From assembly GCF_009914755.1 (NCBI RefSeq), contig NC_060939.1: a DNA stretch of 64,000 bases; one strand, given 5' to 3'. The position numbers were made by a program, and so were the translations under genes. How positions within the stretch are numbered: the first letter of the stretch is position 1; each line of letters opens with the position of its first letter. Under the pieces are notes generated by a model, which worked only from the letters and a program-made list of their open reading frames with translations, did not search any database and was not told the DNA's origin. This document shows positions 1 to 17,045 of this stretch, piece after piece. The DNA comes from the human T2T-CHM13v2.0 reference genome, Homo sapiens.

Positions 1-1004
1 ACTCTCAAATACTAAAGACTTTGGCAGCTACATCCATGGATTGTACAGGTTTGGCTGGGCTGTATGATTTTTGTAAATGATGTTTAAAAGCATGTAGCAG
101 GAAATCAAGCTGACTGTGTTTGAATGTGAACCCGCCATGTGAAAGCAGTGACTTTAGAATTGGACACCCCTGGGCTTCCGCTCCTGGTCTATAAAATGGA
201 GGTAATGATTCTCTGTGCCCAGTGTGGTCCTGAGAGTTGAATGAGATGACGGGAGGGGGTGCTTAGCTGAGAGGCTGGTGCACAGAAAAGCACTCCCCAC
301 AGGGCCGCCAAGCAAAGAGATTTGTGCTGGAGTCAAGTGCTCCATTGGATGTGCTGTGCGCTCGCTGAATTTGCAACTGCTGGGAATTGAAAGGGCTTCT
401 GCTCGGGGCCAGGCTGTGTGGAGGCTCAATGACCTAATGAACAGGATGTCCATTTGGCCGAGATGAGCTGCTGCTGGTGCAGGCCGCTAATGGGAAACCA
501 GTGTTTACGGGAAACCTGCAAAATCATCCTTTGATAGCTGAGGATGTCGTCTGAGGGTGAGATCAAGCCAAATAGAGCGAAAACAATAGCAAGAACATAA
601 AACTTCTGCTTTTACGAATCATTTTTAGCTTTTAGTGAAGCTGATCAATTCGTTTTAGCGAGAAGAGCCTTAGGTGGTTGTTTTCTTTAAATCCTTAATG
701 TCTAATTTGTGAAATATTATTTTACAGATGACTTTTTTTTTCAATTTTTTTTTCCCTATGAACAGGCAGCGAAATAATCAGCCAGAGGTTAGTGTGTGAC
801 AAACATGCTTTATTTTCTTTCTAATATGTATCTGATCATGTTGTTGTGTATCTGAATACAATATAAAAAAGCTATCTTACTCTCCCTAGGCCACAGAACA
901 ACTGGAAAGGAGAAAATAAAACAAAACAAAGCATTAGGCTTGGCTTTGCAGCTTATGTTTAGCTCCTGGCCATGAGCTGATGGCAGCGAAAAGGGAGGGA
1001 AGGA

Positions 1005-1105
1005 GTGATGGAGTAGCCTGCCTGAGGTTGCACAGCTGCGTCGGGAGCTGATTGAAAGCCAGGCAGCGTGGATCCAGACTCCATGATTTCATCCACCACA
1101 CTGCA
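1005..1105 (-). mobile_element. MIR SINE fragment
   Basis: gcctgaggttgcacagctg...gaaagccaggcagcgtggatccagactccatg resembles the MIR core in reverse orientation; highly diverged. Confidence 0.55.
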
Positions 1106-1549
1106 CATTTAATTAACAAAAGTATTATTGTGAAGGGGGTGAAGAGGTGATTGAAATAGCACTGGACCTTAAAAAACTGTTGAAGGCTGTTTGCCTATTG
1201 AAGCATGCATTATATTCTTCTTCGAATTATTTTAAAAAACAAACATTGGAGTTTCAGAAGTAATGCACAAGCATACATTTCCAATTAAAAATAAGTATAA
1301 AGAGCAGAGAGTTGTATTATGCAAGAGGAATTTTTCCCTCTGTTACTCATCCACATAATCTTGTTCCGTTCCTTTCAGGCAAGCTCTGTTAACAATTTTA
1401 AGCGTATTAATCAGACAAATTTAATATATATTTAATCTATGTGTTTTAAATGCATATGTTTGCACATAGTACTCTAGGATGTTCTCTGAGGGATTTTCCT
1501 ATGCATGGTTATTCATCACCTCACATTTATTCATCACTAACTCTGTGCC

Positions 1550-2107
1550 AGGCACTTTCCCTCTACCATTCTGAGTAATTAACTCTTACCTGGGGTAACA
1601 AAAGACATTAACAAGAGAAAAACAAACAGGAGTTTATTAACGTGTATTTCATATACACATGGGAGATAGCCAGGGAGCAAGTCATTCTCACTGAGGTGGC
1701 TTAGAACTCCAACTTATATAACATCTTCACAATGAACAATAAAGTTTTAGCGAAGTGACAAGACAAAGATAAAGGACCTTGAATTTTTAGGGAAGGCAAA
1801 TTATGGGAAGGAAAAACAAATGGGAAACTAATGATAGATCAAGGATAGGAAGGTTTGTCATGCAGGTGCCTCTGCTGCTGTCTCCAGGCTGAGAAGGATA
1901 TCAAGTTGTTTTCAGTGGCTACCCTTTCCTCTCCCTGACAGAAAGGGTAACTGGGACATTTGTGAACATTTACATCCTGTTTTCAGGCAAAAAGGGAGAG
2001 GGCAGAGAGTTTTTCCTGTATCTGGATTCTTCTCGATTGCCTTCAGCTCAAAGTAATCTTTATGCCAAAACAGCACATTTTGGGGTGGCATATTCTCATC
2101 TTCTACA
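1550..2107 (-). mobile_element. ERV1 solo LTR, MER34-like
   Basis: Right end gccttcagctcaaagtaatctttatgccaaaacagcacattttggggtggcatattct is the reverse complement of the recalled MER34/MER39 5' end; tttatt (minus-strand polyA signal) near the left end. Confidence 0.7.
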
Positions 2108-2224
2108 CTGGCAACTGAAAATATAGATATAGTTATTGGTCTCATGAAGCTTATGCTCTGGTGGAGGAGGCAGAATTTTTACTTTAAAGGAAGCACCAAA
2201 CACAAATAATGGAAGAAATTGTAT

Positions 2225-3636
2225 AAAATTGTTGTTGTTAATAAATCTTGAAATGTTTGGTAGAGTTCTCCAGTGAAACCATCTGAGTTCAAACACTTAT
2301 TTTAAGGAAGCTTTTAAATTATGGATCCAATTTATTTAATGGTTATGGGACCATACAGGTTGTGTTTAATGTAGTTTGAATTTTGGCAGTTTGTGGATTT
2401 TGAAGAACTGGTCCACTTCTTTTTAACTGGCAAATTTCTGAGTGTAATATTCTATATGGTCACCACCATTATCCTTTTAATGGCTGCGAGAGGTGTAGCA
2501 AGATCCTGTGGTTCACTCCTGATATTTGGCAATTTGCGTCTTATTTTTTTTTCCTTTGTCATTCTTGTTAGATGTTTATTGTTTGCATTGATTTGAAGAA
2601 CCAGCATTTTGTTTCCTTGATTTTTCCTCTATTGTTTTCTATTTTCAGTTTCATTAATTTTTGTTCTTATTTTCATTATTTCCTTCCTTTTGCTGACTTT
2701 AGGTTTATTTTGCTCTTCTTTTTCATGTTGCTTGACATAATAATTTAAATTATTGATTTGAGACCTTCTTTCCTAATATAAGCCTTTACAGCTGTGAATT
2801 TCTCTCTCAACAATGCTTTAGCTGCATCCCACATATTTTGATATGTTAAATATTCACTTTCATTCAGTTCTGTGTACTTTTAAAATTTTTCCTTTGACAT
2901 ATGTTCTTCACCCATAGATTATTTTGAAGTATGTCATTTAATTTTCATGTGTTTGGATATTTCCCTTTTGTCTTTCTCTTCTTTATTTCTCTTTTGACTC
3001 GTTATGGTCAAAGAACATACTTCCTTCATGTGTTTTCAGTTACTTTAAAATTCTTGAGATTTATTTTATGTTGCAGGATATGGTATATCTTGGTAAATAT
3101 TTTACACATGTTGGGAGAAAATGTGGATTCCAATGTTATTGGGTAGAGTTTTCGGTATATGTCAATTAGGTTCCATTGGTGGATTGAGTAGGTCAGATTA
3201 ATGTTCCTGATAATTTTCTGTCTAATGGTTCTGTCAGTTGCTTAAGTAAGGTTTTGATGTTCTCAATGATAGCTATAAATTTGTATCTTTCTTCTTCAGG
3301 CCTATTAGTTTTTGCTTCATGTATTTTGATGCTTTTGTTTGGTACATACATATTTGAGATTGTTATGTCTTCCTAGTGGAATAATCTTTTTATCATTATT
3401 TAATGTCCATTTGTGTCACTAGTAATTTTTTTCTCTGATGTCTACTTCATGAAATACTAATATAGACACTACTGCTTTTTCTTAAAATTAATTTTATATA
3501 TTTTTTCATACTTTTACTTTCAACCTACTTACACTGTGAAGATTCTATGCTGTTGAATTTGATGTGAATTTCTTATAAACAATATGCAGTTGCATCAAGG
3601 TTTTTAAAATCTGTCTTTTAAATGTTGTATTTAAAT
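2225..3636 (-). mobile_element. Ancient L1M ORF2 remnant (outer layer of the L1 nest, left part)
   Basis: T-rich, diverged antisense L1 ORF2 motifs (e.g. aatgtttggtagagttctccagtgaaaccatctg; gctttagctgcatcccacatattttgatatg); homology resumes after 11510. Confidence 0.7.
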
Positions 3637-3637
3637 C

Positions 3638-5338
3638 TTTTTTTTTTTTTTTTTCAAATTTTATTGTAGAATCGGGATACATATGCAGGTTGGTAACAAA
3701 GGTATATTGTGTGATGCTGGGTTGGAGTATGAATCAATCTGTCACCCAGGTAGTGAGCACAGTACCCAATAGACAGCTTTTCAGATCTTGGCCTGCTCCC
3801 TCTTTCCTCGAGTAGTCCCCAGGGTCTATTGACCCCATCTTTATGTCCATGCGTCCTCTTACTTATATGTAAGAACATGTGGTATTTGGTTTTCTGTTTC
3901 TGCCTTAGGTCACTTAGGATAATGGCCTCCAGCTGCATCCATGTTGTTCAAGGGACATGACTTCATTATTTTTTATGGTTGCATAGTATTATATGGTATA
4001 TATGTACCACATTTTCTTTATCCAATCTAGGTGTTGATGGATATGTAAGTTGACTCCCTGTCATTGCTATCATGAATAGTGCTGTGATAAACATGTGGGT
4101 GCATCGTATGTCTTTTTGGTAGAATGATTTAGTTTCCTTTGGGTATATATCCAGTAATGGGATTGCTGGGTATAATGGTAGTTCTGCTGTTTTTAGTCCT
4201 TTGAGAAATCTCTAAACTGCCCTTCACAGTGGCTGAACTAACATTTTCACCAACAATATTCCCTTTTCTCTGCAGCCTTGCCAACATCTCTTATTTTCTG
4301 ACGTTTTAACAAAAGCCATTCTGATTGTTCTGAGATAGTATCTCATTGTGGTTTTGATTTGCACTTCTTTGATTACAAGTGATGTTGGGCATTTTTTCAC
4401 GTTTGGTGTCTTCTTTTACAAAGTGTTCTTAATCTTTGCCCATTTTTCAATGGGGTTATTTGTTTTTTGCTTGTTGATTTCCCATTCCATAGGTTGTCTG
4501 TTTACTCCCTTGATAGTTTCTCTTGCTGTGCAGAAGGTCTTTAATTAGGTTTCACTTGTCAATTTTATTTTGTTGTTGCAATTGCTTTTGAGGACTAAGC
4601 CATTCAATTCTTTGCCACAACTGATATTGAGAAGGGCATTTCCTAGGTTTTCCTCTGGGATTTTTATAGTTTGAGGTCTTACATTTAAGTCTTTAATCCA
4701 TCTTGAGTTGATTTTTATATATGGTGATAAATAGGGGTCTAGTTTCAATCTGCTGCATGTGGCTGGCAGACCAGTTATCCCAGCATTATTTATTGAATAG
4801 AGAGTCCTTTTTCCATTGCTTTTTATTGTTGGCTTTGTCGAAGATTAAATGGTTGTAGGTGAGGAGCTTTATTTCTGGTTCTGTATTCTGTTCTATGGGT
4901 CTATGAGTCTGTTTTCATACCAGTACCATGCATTTTGGTTACTGTAGCCTTGTAGTATAGTTTAAAGTTGGGTAATGTGATTTTTGCTTAGGATTGCTTT
5001 GGCTATTCAGGCCCTTTTTTGATTCCATATGAATTTTAGAATTATTTATCTAATTCTGTGAAGAAAATGGCATTGGTAGTTTGATAGGAATAGTGTTGAA
5101 TATGTAAATCACTTTGAGCAGTATGGCCATTTTAATGATACTGACTTTTCCAATCCATGAGCATGGGATGTTTGTCCATTTGTTTGCATCATCTTTGATT
5201 TCTTTCATCAACGTTTTGTTGTTCTCCTTGTAGAGCTCTATTACTTCCCTAGTTAGCTATATTCCTGGATATTTTATTCTTTTTGTAGCTATTGTAAATG
5301 GGATTGTGTTATTGATTTGGCTCTCAGCTTCAATGTTA
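3638..5338 (-). mobile_element. 5'-truncated old primate L1 (L1PA16/17-like)
   Basis: Poly-T at 3638-3654, L1 3'UTR, and ORF2 C-terminal peptides (MQLEAIILS..QKTKYHMF; [24 protein letters not shown]); ends at the left TSD of the younger L1. Confidence 0.85.
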
Positions 5339-5566
5339 ATTTTTTTTATTTTATTTTATTATTATACTTTTAAGTTTTAGGGTACATGTGCACAATGTGC
5401 AGGTTAGTTACATATGTATACATGTGACATGCTGGTGTGCTGCACCCACTAACTCGTCATCTAGCATTAGGTATATCTCCCAATGCTATCCTTCCCCCCT
5501 CCCCCCACCCCACAACAGTCCCCAGAGTGTGATGTTCCCCTTCCTGTGTCCATGTGTTCTCATTGT

Positions 5567-9388
<3,822 letters not shown>

Positions 9389-9451
9389 TATGATGTTAGC
9401 TGGTTATCTTGCTCGCTAGTTGATGCAGTTTCTTCCTAGTCTCGATGGTCT

Positions 9452-10458
9452 TTACATTTTGGCATGATTTTGCAGTGGCTGGTACCGGTTTTTCCTTTCT
9501 ATGTTTAGTGCTTCCTTCAGGAGCTCTTTTAGGGCAGGCCTGGTGGTGACAAAATCTCTCAGCATTTGCTTGTCTGTAAAGTATTTTATTTCTCCTTCAC
9601 TTATGAAGCTTAGTTTGGCTGGATATGAAATTCTGGGTTGAAAATTCTTTTCTTTAAGAATGTTGAATATTGGCCCCCACTCTCTTCTGGCTTGTAGAGT
9701 TTCTGCCGAGAGATCCGCTTTAGTCTGATGGGCTTCCCTTTGAGGGTAACCCGACCTTTCTCTCTGGCTGCCCTTAACATTTTTTCCTTCATTTCAACTT
9801 TGGTGAATCTGACAATTGTGTGTCTTGGAGTTGCTCTTCTCAAGGAGTATCTTTGTGGCGTTCTCTGTATTTCCTGAATCTGAACGTTGGCCTGCCTTGC
9901 TAGATTGGGGAAGTTCTCCTGGATAATATTCTGCAGAGTGTTTTCCAACTTGGTTCCATTCTCCCTGTCACTTTCAGGTACACCAATCAGACGTAGATTT
10001 GGTCTTTTCACATAGTCCCGTATTTCTTGGAGGCTTTGTTCGTTTCTTTTTATTCTTTTTTCTCTAAACTTCCCTTCTCGCTTCATTTCATTCATTTCAT
10101 CTTCCATCGCTGATACCCTTTCTTCCAGTTGATCGCATTGGCTCCTGAGGCTTCTGCATTCTTCACGTAGTTCTTGAGCCTTGGTTTTCAGCTCCATCAG
10201 CTCCTTTAAGCAATTCTCTGTATTGGTTATTCTAGTTATACATTCGTCTAAATTGTTTTCAAAGTTTTTAATTTCTTTGCCTTTGGTTTGAATTTCCTCC
10301 TGTAGCTCATAGTTTGATCATCTGAAGCCTCCTTCTCTCAACTCGTCATTCTCCGTCCAGCTTTGTTCCATTGCTGGTGAGGAACTGTGATCCTTTGGAG
10401 GAGGAGAGGTGCTCTGCTTTTTAGAGTTTCCAGGTTTTCTGCTCTGTTTTTTCCCCAT
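9452..10458 (-). pseudogene. L1 ORF1p, disrupted
   Basis: ATG GGG AAA AAA CAG at 10458; the central part (9610-10197) matches ORF1p (VKRPNLRLIGVPE, IIQENFPNLARQ) and then frameshifts; canonical stop ATGTAA at 9452. Confidence 0.9.
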
Positions 10459-11494
10459 CTTTGTGGTTTTATCTGCTTTTGGTCTTTGATGATGGTGATG
10501 TACAGATGGGTTTTTGGTGTGGATGTCCTTTCTGTTTGTTAGTTTTCCTTCTAACAGACAGGACCCTCAGCTGCAGGTCTGTTGGAGTTTGCTAGAGGTC
10601 CACTCCAGACCCTGTTTGCCTGGGTATCAGCAGCGGTGTCTGCAGAACAGTGGTTTTTCGTGAACCGCGAATGCTGCTGTCTGATCGTTCCTCTGGAAGT
10701 TTTGTCTCAGAGGAGTATCCGGCCGTGTGAGGTGTCAGTCTGCCCCTACTGGGGGGTGCCTCCCAGTTAGGCTGCTCAGGGGTCAGGGGTCAGGGACCCA
10801 CATGAGGAGGCAGTCTGCCCGTTCTCAGATCTCCAGCTGCGTGCTGGGAGAACCACTGCTCTCTTCAAAGCTGTCAGACAGGGACATTTAAGTCTGCAGA
10901 GGTTACTGCTGTCTTTTTGTTTGTCTGTGCCCTGCCCCCAGAGGTGAAGCCTACAGAGGCAGGCAGGCCTCCTTGAGCTGTGGTGGGCTCCACCCAGTTC
11001 TAGCTTCCCGGCTGCTTTGTTTACCTAAGCAAGCCTGGGCAATGGCGGGCGCCCCTCCCCCAGCCTCACTGCCGCCTTGCAGTTTGATCTCAGACTGCTG
11101 TGCTAGCAATCAGCGAGACTCCGTGGGCGTAGGACCCTCCGAGCCAGGTGCAGGATATAATCTCCTGGTGCGCCGTTTTTTAAGCCCTTGGGAAAAGTGC
11201 AGTATTCGGGTGGGAGTAACCCGATTTTCCAGGTGCTGTCTGTCACCCCTTTCTTTGACTAGGAAAGGGAACTCCCTGACCCCTTGCACTTCCCGAGTGA
11301 GGCAATGCCTCTCCCTGCTTCGGCTTGTGCACGGTGCGCTGCACCCACTGACCTGCGCCCACTGTCTGGCACTCCCTAGTGAGATGAACCCGGTACCTCA
11401 GATGGAAATGCAGAAATCACCCGTTTTCTGCGTCGCTCACGCTGGGAGCTGTAGACTGGAGCTGTTCCTATTCGGCCATCTTGGCTCCTCCCCC
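10459..11494. promoter_or_regulatory. L1 5'UTR: internal sense promoter (YY1 site AAGATGGCC near 11474-11482) and antisense promoter
   Basis: Complete CpG-containing L1 5'UTR; promoter functions are inferred from established L1 biology. Confidence 0.75.
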
Positions 11495-11512
11495 GCTTCG
11501 ATGTTAATTTAA
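11042..11512 (+). CDS. L1 antisense ORF0, C-terminally extended (156 aa), putative
   Basis: MAGAPPPASLPPCSLISDCCASNQRDSVGVGPSEPG matches the ORF0p N-terminus; Kozak-like gcaATGg; open to TAA at 11510-11512; expression unknown. Confidence 0.5.
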   Translation: MAGAPPPASLPPCSLISDCCASNQRDSVGVGPSEPGAGYNLLVRRFLSPWEKCSIRVGVTRFSRCCLSPLSLTRKGNSLTPCTSRVRQCLSLLRLVHGALHPLTCAHCLALPSEMNPVPQMEMQKSPVFCVAHAGSCRLELFLFGHLGSSPASMLI

Positions 11513-12900
11513 GCTGTTTACATTTAAGGTAGTTATTAATATATTAGGAGATACTTGCATTCTAGTTGCCATTATAATGTTTGTTTTCTCTGTCTCTCAT
11601 TCCTGTTTCTTTTTACTTGTTTTCACATGGATTACTTGAATAGTTTTTAGAATTTAATCTTAACTTATTTATAATGTCTTTCAATATTTTGTTTTGTATG
11701 ATTTTCTTCATGGTTACTGTAAGAATAAATACATACATAATTAAATTATAACAGTCTCAATGTTTTACCACATTAAGTAATGTGTAGAAACTTTACTTTC
11801 ATTTAGTTCCCTAGTTTCTCCTTGCCTTTTGAATATAATTATCTTAGGTATTTCCTGTATATACGTTGAGCACAACATCAGATGGTGTTATGATTCAACC
11901 ATCAAATGCTGTTTTAGAAACTCATGTAAAGATGGATTGTCAATTATATTTTTATCCTTACTCTTACATATTTCCATACTCTTCTTTCTTTTGTGAAGTT
12001 CCAAACCTTCCTTTATTGTCATGTCCTTTCAGTTTAGAGAACTTCCTTTAGCAACTCCTTAAGGGATATTTCCTAGGCACAAATTTGCTTGATAGTTCTT
12101 TGGCTGAGAGTGTTTTTATTTGTCCTTTATTTCTAGAGGTATTTCTACTAAATGTAGAATTCATAGTTGACAGCTCTTTACTTTCAGCACTTGAAATATA
12201 TTGTCCAATTTCCTTCTAGCATTCATGGTTTTAGATGAGAAGTGTGTTATCATTTGCATTTTTTAAACCTATATGCAATGTGTTATTTCTCTCTGGCTGC
12301 TTTTAAGATTTTTTACCTTATTTTTCATGATGATATTTCTGAGTATGGATTTTGTTGGGTTTATTTTACTCGAGGTTTGCTTAGCCTCTTGAATATGTAG
12401 GCTTATATCTTTCTCCAAGTTTCAGAAGTTTTCAGCCATTATTTCTTGCAATACTTCCAATAGTGTTTCAATCCTCTCTCTCTCTTCTCCTTCCAAAATT
12501 CTGACAGTATAAAAGTTAACTCTTTTGAAATTGTCGTACTAGTTCCCTGAGAATGTTTGTTTGTTTATTATTTATTTTACAATCTACTTTGTCTTTGTGG
12601 TTTAGATTAGGTAAAATAATTTTAATCTGTCCTCAATTCTATACAGTCTGTTTTGTGGCATCCTCACTATTAAGCTCATCCAGTGAGTTTTTAAAAATTG
12701 TGTTTTCATTTAGTTATTTTCTGAGCTTTTTCTTTTAGGAATTTCTTTCAAGAGAATGAATAACTGCTTGTTGAAGCATTTTTATGACAACTGCTTTAAA
12801 ATCCTTGTCCGACAATTTCAGCATCTGTATCATCTTGATGTTGGCATCTGTCAATCTTCTTTTCCATGCATCTTGTGACTTTCTGGTTCTGGGCATGATG
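11511..12900 (-). mobile_element. Ancient L1M remnant (outer layer, right part; continues after the Alus to about 13800)
   Basis: tgtttacatttaaggtagttattaatat continues the L1 antisense sequence interrupted at about 3636; further diverged L1M motifs (ttctctctggctgcttttaagatttt; aagttttcagccattatttctt). Confidence 0.6.
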
Positions 12901-12901
12901 A

Positions 12902-13580
<679 letters not shown>

Positions 13581-14249
13581 TAGACTGAAGATTTGGGATA
13601 TTATGAGACTCTGGATTCTGTATATACTTTTTTCACAGGCATCTTCCCTTGGAGGTGTAGTTGGAAGGCCACATGGCAGTGAATGCTCAGCATCCCTTCA
13701 GCCCCACTGACACCACCCTTGCAAGAGTGGAGCAGTAACCCGATGTCTCATTGCAGATGAGTCCAGTGGCATTTCAGCTCCATCCTAGCCCTGCTTATAC
13801 ATTCCTGGTCAGCTCTTTTGTCTGATTTCCTCTTCTTATAAATAACACCCTCTTCCTTATACCAGTGTTAGGCATCCTTCATGTTTGAGTATCACCAAGA
13901 CCTTGCTCCCCTGCTCCCCTCAGCCCTCCCAGAGCCCTCCTGTTCCTGCTCTCTCTCTCTCCAGGCCCCTGCCCGACTTGCTGTCTGCTCAAACTGTGCT
14001 CGCTGTGAGCTGCTGGGAACTCTCCCAGGGCTCAGCCTTGCCATTTCTTTGCTTAAAATGCCGAAGTGTCTTTTTTGCCTATCAAATTATGTATAACCTC
14101 CTCCCCAGGGAATTAAGGGCTCTTGTTTCTAAAATATGCTCTAAACTGCCTCTCTGCCTTTTCTCCTTTCCAAGTGAAAACCTCACAGATCAGTATATTT
14201 ATAGGAAGACCTTATTATGTAATTTAATAATAATTCCTACTTGGATCCT

Positions 14250-14620
14250 CTGTGGCAGGCACTGTGTTATGTCCTAATAGACAACATTTAATTAATCTTC
14301 ATGGTAATCCAATGAAGTAACAGACGCACAAAGAAGTTAAGACTTTGGGATCTGCGGTTGTCAGCCCCAGGTACAAATCCCATCTGGATCGTAGCTCTTC
14401 CTCCTGAAATATGGGCAGTAGCCTCAGGATTGTTGTGAAGCCTAAAGAAGGTAATGCATAAGAGCTCTCAGCATGAGGTGCTGTGCACAGTGAGCATTCA
14501 GTAGGTGATGTAGTTGCTGCTGTTGCCAGTATTTAGTATTATTGCCATGCTTTAGAGTGAGGCCCAGTGAGGTGAAACAAATAGCCCAAGAGCACACAGC
14601 TCTATTAAGTAATAAAAGGC
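14250..14620. mobile_element. MIR fragments in both orientations
   Basis: cctcaggattgttgtgaag..taatgcataagagctctcagca and gaggcccagtgaggtgaaacaaatagcccaagagcacacagct are MIR-like. Confidence 0.5.
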
Positions 14621-14704
14621 GGATGTCACACTCTGCAACGTTAAAAGCACAGGGTGTGAGAAGGAATGGATAGAACGATCCTTCTCATTCCTCCCAGATA
14701 TCTA

Positions 14705-14857
14705 CAGATAGGCCCTGATTTATGCTGATTTGAATTGTGATTTTTTTTATTTAATCATGGGTTGATTGGTGTACTAAATGCGTTTTGGATTCCTGATACT
14801 TTGGACTTATGATGGATTTATCGGGACATATCTGCATCAGAAGTCAAGGAGCATCTG
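14705..14857. mobile_element. TcMar-Tigger (Tigger4/Zombi-type) short non-autonomous DNA transposon
   Basis: Termini CAGATA...CATCTG flanked by TA on both sides (14703-14704, 14858-14859); internal acttatgatggatttatcgggac..aagtcaaggagcatctg. Confidence 0.7.
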
Positions 14858-15264
14858 TACTTATATGAAAATTCTAGACCAAAGACTGAAATATACTTTT
14901 CATTTAAAATTCAATGTTAGCTACCCGCTTCTGCCCCAAACAGCTTTCATGATGAAACTTGCCTTTTTGATCCATTATGTGAGCAAGAAGAAGTTTATGT
15001 TCACAGAAGGGCTTTTGAGAATACTAATGGCACTCTCCATAGCAACTTAAGCCCCCACTCTATTTCCTTTAACGGCTATTTTTTTTTTTTTTTTATCATC
15101 AGTACCATGTGAATGAGAGAGCCACTGCATGAGCCCTGGAGGCAGCGGCCTTCAGGGTTGATGTTCTTAGGGTTGGGGTGATGTTGAGCGGTGCATTTAG
15201 AAGTAAACATTGCACGTGCGTTTTTTTTGTAAACTGTCTCAAAAGAAAGAATTAAGGATAAATA

Positions 15265-16757
15265 TTGCTTGGCTTAGTTTTAGAAGGAATGGTACCAGCT
15301 CCTGCTTGTACCTCTGGTAGAACTTGGCTGTGAATCTGTCTCGTCCTGGGCTTTTTTTGGTTGGTAGGCTATTAATTACTGCCTCAATTTCAGAACTTGT
15401 TATTGGTCTATTCAGGGAGTAGACTTCTTCCTGGTTTAGTCTTGGGAGGATGTGTGTGTCCAGGAATTTATCCATTTCTTCTAGATTTTCTAGTTTATTT
15501 GTGTAGAAGTGTTTATAGTATTATCTGGTGGTAGTTTGTATTTCTGTGGGATTAGTAGTGATATCCCCTTTATTATTTTTCTTGTGTCTGATTCTTCTCT
15601 CTTTTCATCTTTATTAGTCTGGCTAGCGGTCTATCTATTTTGTCAATCTTTTCAAAAATCCAGCTCCTAGGTAATACCATTCAGGACATAGGCATGGGCA
15701 AAGACTTCATGACTAAAACACCAAAAGCAATGACAACAAAAGCCAAAATTGACAAATGGGATCTAATTAAACTAAAGAGCTTCTGCACAGCAAAAGAAAC
15801 TACCATCAGAGTGAACAGGCAACCTACAGAATGGGAGAAAACTTTTGCAGTCTATCCATCTGACAAAGGGCTAATATCCAGAATCTACAAGGAACTTAAA
15901 CAAATTTACAAGAAAAAAACAACCCCATCAAAAAGTGGGCGAAGGATATGAACAGACATCTTTCAAAAGAAGACATTTGTGTGGCCAAAAAACATATGAA
16001 AAAAAGATCATCATCACTGGTCATTAGAGAAATGCAAATCAAAACCACAATGTGGTACCATCTCAAGCCAGTTAGAATGGTGATCATTAAAATGTCAGGA
16101 AATAATAGATGCTGGAGAGGATGTGGAGAAATAGGAATGCTTTTACACTGTTGGTGGGAGTGTAAATTAGTTCAACCATTGTGGAAGACAGTGTGGTGAT
16201 TCCTCAAGAATCTAGAAGCAGAAATACCATTTGACCCAGCAATCCCATTACTGGGTATACACCCAAAGTATTATAAATAATTCTGCTATAAAGATACATG
16301 CACATGTATGTTTATTGCAGCACTATTCACGATAGCAAAGACTTGGAACCAACCCAAATGCCCATCAATGATAGACTGGATAAAGAAAATGTGGCATATA
16401 TACACCGTGGAATACTGTGCAGCTATAAAAAGAATGAGTTTATGTCCTTTGCAGGGACATGGATGAAGCTGGAAACCATCATTCTCAGCAAACTAACACA
16501 AGAACAGAAAACTAAACATCGCATGTTCTCACTCCTAAGTGGGAGTTGAACAATGAGAACCTATGGGCACAGAGAGGGGAACATCACACACTGGGGCCTT
16601 TTGGGGGTTGGGGGACAAGGGGAGGGATAGCATTAGGAGAAATACCTAATGTAGATGATGGGTTGATGGGTGCAGCAAACCACCATGGCATATGTATACC
16701 TGTGTAACAAACCTGCACGTTCTGCACATGTATCCCAGAACTTAAGCATATAAAAAC
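15265..16757 (+). mobile_element. 5'-inverted (twin-primed) L1, L1PA7-like
   Basis: 15265-15668 antisense ORF2 ([15 protein letters not shown]); 15666-16757 sense ORF2 end plus 3'UTR; 20-bp TSD GAAAGAATTAAGGA(T/A)AAATA at 15245-15264 and 16758-16777. Confidence 0.9.
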
Positions 16758-17045
16758 GAAAGAATTAAGGAAAAATAGAGCCAAAGGTTACTGGAACAAA
16801 CGAACCACGTATTGACAGACTGCTTTGTTTTTTATTGTGTTGTTAGGATAGCCATTATATGAGTCTGGTCCTGGACGGGATGCACTTTTCTTTTAAATGA
16901 ATTTGTTCCTTACTGCAACAAAACAACATTTCCCAGAATATTTCTCAATGCTAGGATTAACTTGATTCCCGTTTGATGGAGTATGAGCGAAAGAGAATGT
17001 GTTCCCCACTGGGAGGGTGAGGACTCTAGCCCAAACTACATCCAC

